From contig OX597818.1 in the NCBI GenBank assembly GCA_951406725.2, positions 30,628,001 through 30,692,000 of the forward strand: a stretch of DNA of 64,000 nt, given 5' to 3'. Both the position numbers and the translations under genes were made by a program. This DNA comes from Octopus vulgaris. Lineage: Eukaryota. The notes under the pieces were generated by a model that saw only the letters and a program-made list of their open reading frames with translations, made no database searches and was not told where the DNA came from. Shown here one piece after another: positions 63,550-64,000 of this stretch (position 1 is the stretch's first letter; every line of letters starts with the position of its first letter).

Positions 63550-64000
63550 TCCCCAGATACAATAAAATACGCTTCAACACACGAATTCACATAAAGAATC
63601 TTGCAAACCAAATACAAAAACTAAAAAGAATAAAAGTGTTTTAGAAGAAGAAAATGCCATTGAGTTAATTAGATTTGCATCAGTGACACTGATAGATAAG
63701 ATTGTTTCAATGAATCATGACCAGTATCGTAAACAATATGAAACCGCAGTTATACACACTAACTTCTCATGGATCAACAAAGCCACAAGACTCTTCTAAT
63801 TTTATTCAAAACATAATTCATAAACTGAGAACCAGAGAAGACGGTAAGTGGCCAGCTGAAATAATTTCAGGATTTGGAGAAAATGAAATAGAATTCCTCA
63901 ACAGGAGAGCCATTTACAAAATGAATCGCAATATATAGAGACTTTCGAAACGACAGTGGATAACTTTAATTGGAAAGCCTTTAATTGGAAATTTAAAAGT

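Noticed and set aside
63717-63938. 73-aa ORF at the window end
   Set aside because: No recognisable motif; probably TE-derived and lacking context.

Overview
AT-rich, microsatellite- and SINE-dense eukaryotic DNA. The SINE families and LINE fragments resemble those of an octopus (coleoid cephalopod), judged from memory rather than a search. Two convergent intron-containing genes were assembled by hand with phase-consistent GT-AG junctions. (1) API5 (apoptosis inhibitor 5) on + has 12 visible coding exons from 3416 to 21493 (540 codons plus stop); its first exon appears to lie upstream of the window. It includes a 32-nt microexon and a Gly/RGG-rich tail. (2) A large single-pass membrane protein on - has 7 visible exons from 47814 to 28734 (about 1630 aa). 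It has a 3741-nt S/T-rich mucin-like exon, a SEA-like module with an RRKR furin site (KIAA1549/UPF0606-like), a TM helix and a cytoplasmic tail; its first exon was not located. The remainder is mariner, piggyBac-type, hAT-type and Tc1-type MITEs, a Helitron end, RTE, L2/CR1 and R4/Dong LINE fragments, and three SINE families. The most unusual signal is a set of self-inverted hairpin elements carrying minimal type-I hammerhead ribozyme motifs of the Penelope type. One of them has a tRNA-like Pol III head, and its insertion duplicated an API5 splice donor. A Penelope GIY-YIG remnant with the same inverted architecture is also present.
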